This document shows, in pieces, positions 62,541-64,000 of a stretch of 64,000 nucleotides of DNA (the stretch's first letter is position 1; the number at the start of each line of letters is the position of its first letter). The position numbers and the translations under genes were made by a program. The DNA is taken from the NCBI GenBank assembly GCA_964234715.1, contig OZ174283.1; one strand, written 5' to 3'. A model generated the notes under the pieces. The model searched no databases and was not told the DNA's origin. It was given only the letters and a program-made list of their open reading frames with translations. The stretch is from Podarcis melisellensis. Taxonomy: Eukaryota.

Positions 62541-62701
62541 CCAGACTCCATCCTGGGAGACAAGACATTCCATCAAAGCAAAAGCACTCAAGGCTACATA
62601 GCAGAGATGGTGAGGGTTGTGATCTGAGGACAGTCCCAGGACCAAACAGAGAGACTTAGAGGGCTGCATTTGGCCCCTGAACCTGAGATTCCCCAGCCCT
62701 G
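62328..62701. mobile_element. Non-autonomous hAT element with internal (CA)n
   Basis: Ends caggggtggggaac and attccccagccctg. TSD atgtagag/atccagag. Confidence 0.7.
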
Positions 62702-64000
62702 ATCCAGAGCAAAGGTGTGTCACTGGCAGCATGTGGGGCAAAACTGCTGCCCCCCAAGTAACTATATATGGACTTTTATTGTTCTGGCCAATTTTTATCC
62801 AAGTTCAGGAGGAGAAAGGCTTACTCATGGATTCACTTGAAGGGAAAAGACAAAAAGGTGCTCAAGTTTATTTATTCATTTTGTAACAATATTCTATACT
62901 GCTGCCAACTTTTATGAAATATCAAGACTGTGCACAGCAATATATACAAATATAATAAAACATAAACTACTTTTCAGTGCAATACCTCAACATATTAATC
63001 ATCAGTGGAATGGTATGAGTGACCCCAAAGCATTATCTGGAGGAATTGTGTGGCCTTGAATATACAGAATTGACCACTCTGCATCTAGAGGGCATTCATA
63101 GTCAATATTTATGCCTTTGAAACATATGCTCATCACTGGTGATGCCCAGCTTCCTGAGGCTACTGGGACTCTGGACTCCAGCTTAAGTAATCTTCCATAA
63201 GAATGCAGGGAGTAATGCCACAGGAGTGAATCTCTGCAATGTCTGAACAACTAGAGACGAGGCTGCCATGTGGAGGAGCTCTGCCAAGTTGACATGGCAG
63301 CTGACCATCTGGTGGCTCCAATATTTTAGCCGCAGCAACAGCAACCATTCTACCAGCACCTCTTGTGCCTGACTGCTCTCTCCTGGCTTTTGTTCACATG
63401 TCTCCAGGTCAGCTCACACATTATGAATGCTCCCAGAAATAACCTCTGCATATTAGCTCCCATGCACATGATGCGCTCCCACCATTTGCTAGAAGTGATG
63501 AGAAAACACTCCCTAGGTAACCATTATGGGTAGGCTGTTTGACTGTTAGGTACAGGCCACTGTACAAAGACTATTTCAAGCGGCCTCCACATGATTATCA
63601 GAACGTGTAGAGGCATTCAAAGATGAAAGGAGACCAGCCCCACCAGGAAAACTCAGCATAGGGTGGCATTTGTTGACATACATCACAGAGGAGCTGACAC
63701 CTTGCCTGCCTCCATAGTGCCCACCACCATTTGGTCCTCCAATGGCAGTAGTTACTCTCCTCTCCTCTCCTTTCCTTCAGTCAATTGCAAGTGGGCTTAC
63801 CTGGAAACTTCCCTGTACTGAATCCAGCTCTTTTGCAGGCCAAGAACAATTCTACTTGTGAGCCTGAGGAAGAAGCTGGCAGATTCTCCACCCTCTCACC
63901 TTTGTGTGTGGGACCACATGAGAGCAAGGGCGAGGCTGTGGTTGCTACAGAGTCATCACCAACATGGGTCCTGAGCGTTGGCAGGTGGTGGGGGTAGGAG

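Noticed and set aside
1-64000. miRNA, snoRNA, tRNA genes, hammerhead ribozymes or endogenous viral ORFs
   Set aside because: None recognised by eye, and the tRNA-like segments are SINE heads. An Rfam/miRBase scan is needed to exclude them.

Overview
Vertebrate genomic DNA, almost certainly a lacertid lizard: it carries lacertid-type Sauria SINEs, Squam2/3-like SINEs, BovB, CR1, hAT and Tc1/mariner MITEs. The window holds the 5' end of one large minus-strand gene. A CpG island promoter at about 51.5-53.3 kb has a TATA box and several candidate first exons. About 47 kb of repeat-rich intron follows, then two coding exons (4129..3919 and 634..570) that the ORF track does not join. Spliced by hand they read MQYNVKELISLARRPSSCFDKEGKLTICRMLRDGKRIEPRERWCRLKGNLLFLMKNKNK, the N-terminal half of a PH domain. 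It resembles the PH domain at the N-terminus of invertebrate INPP4 (inositol polyphosphate 4-phosphatase), which canonical mammalian INPP4A/B lack. The gene is probably INPP4B and continues off the left edge of the window. Features around these exons suggest the PH domain may be regulated: in-frame tandem donors, a weak start with a nearby out-of-frame AUG, and an RBFOX motif on the acceptor. Apart from this gene and a few LINE fragments, the ORF track appears spurious. Gene and repeat names come from recalled family motifs, not database searches.
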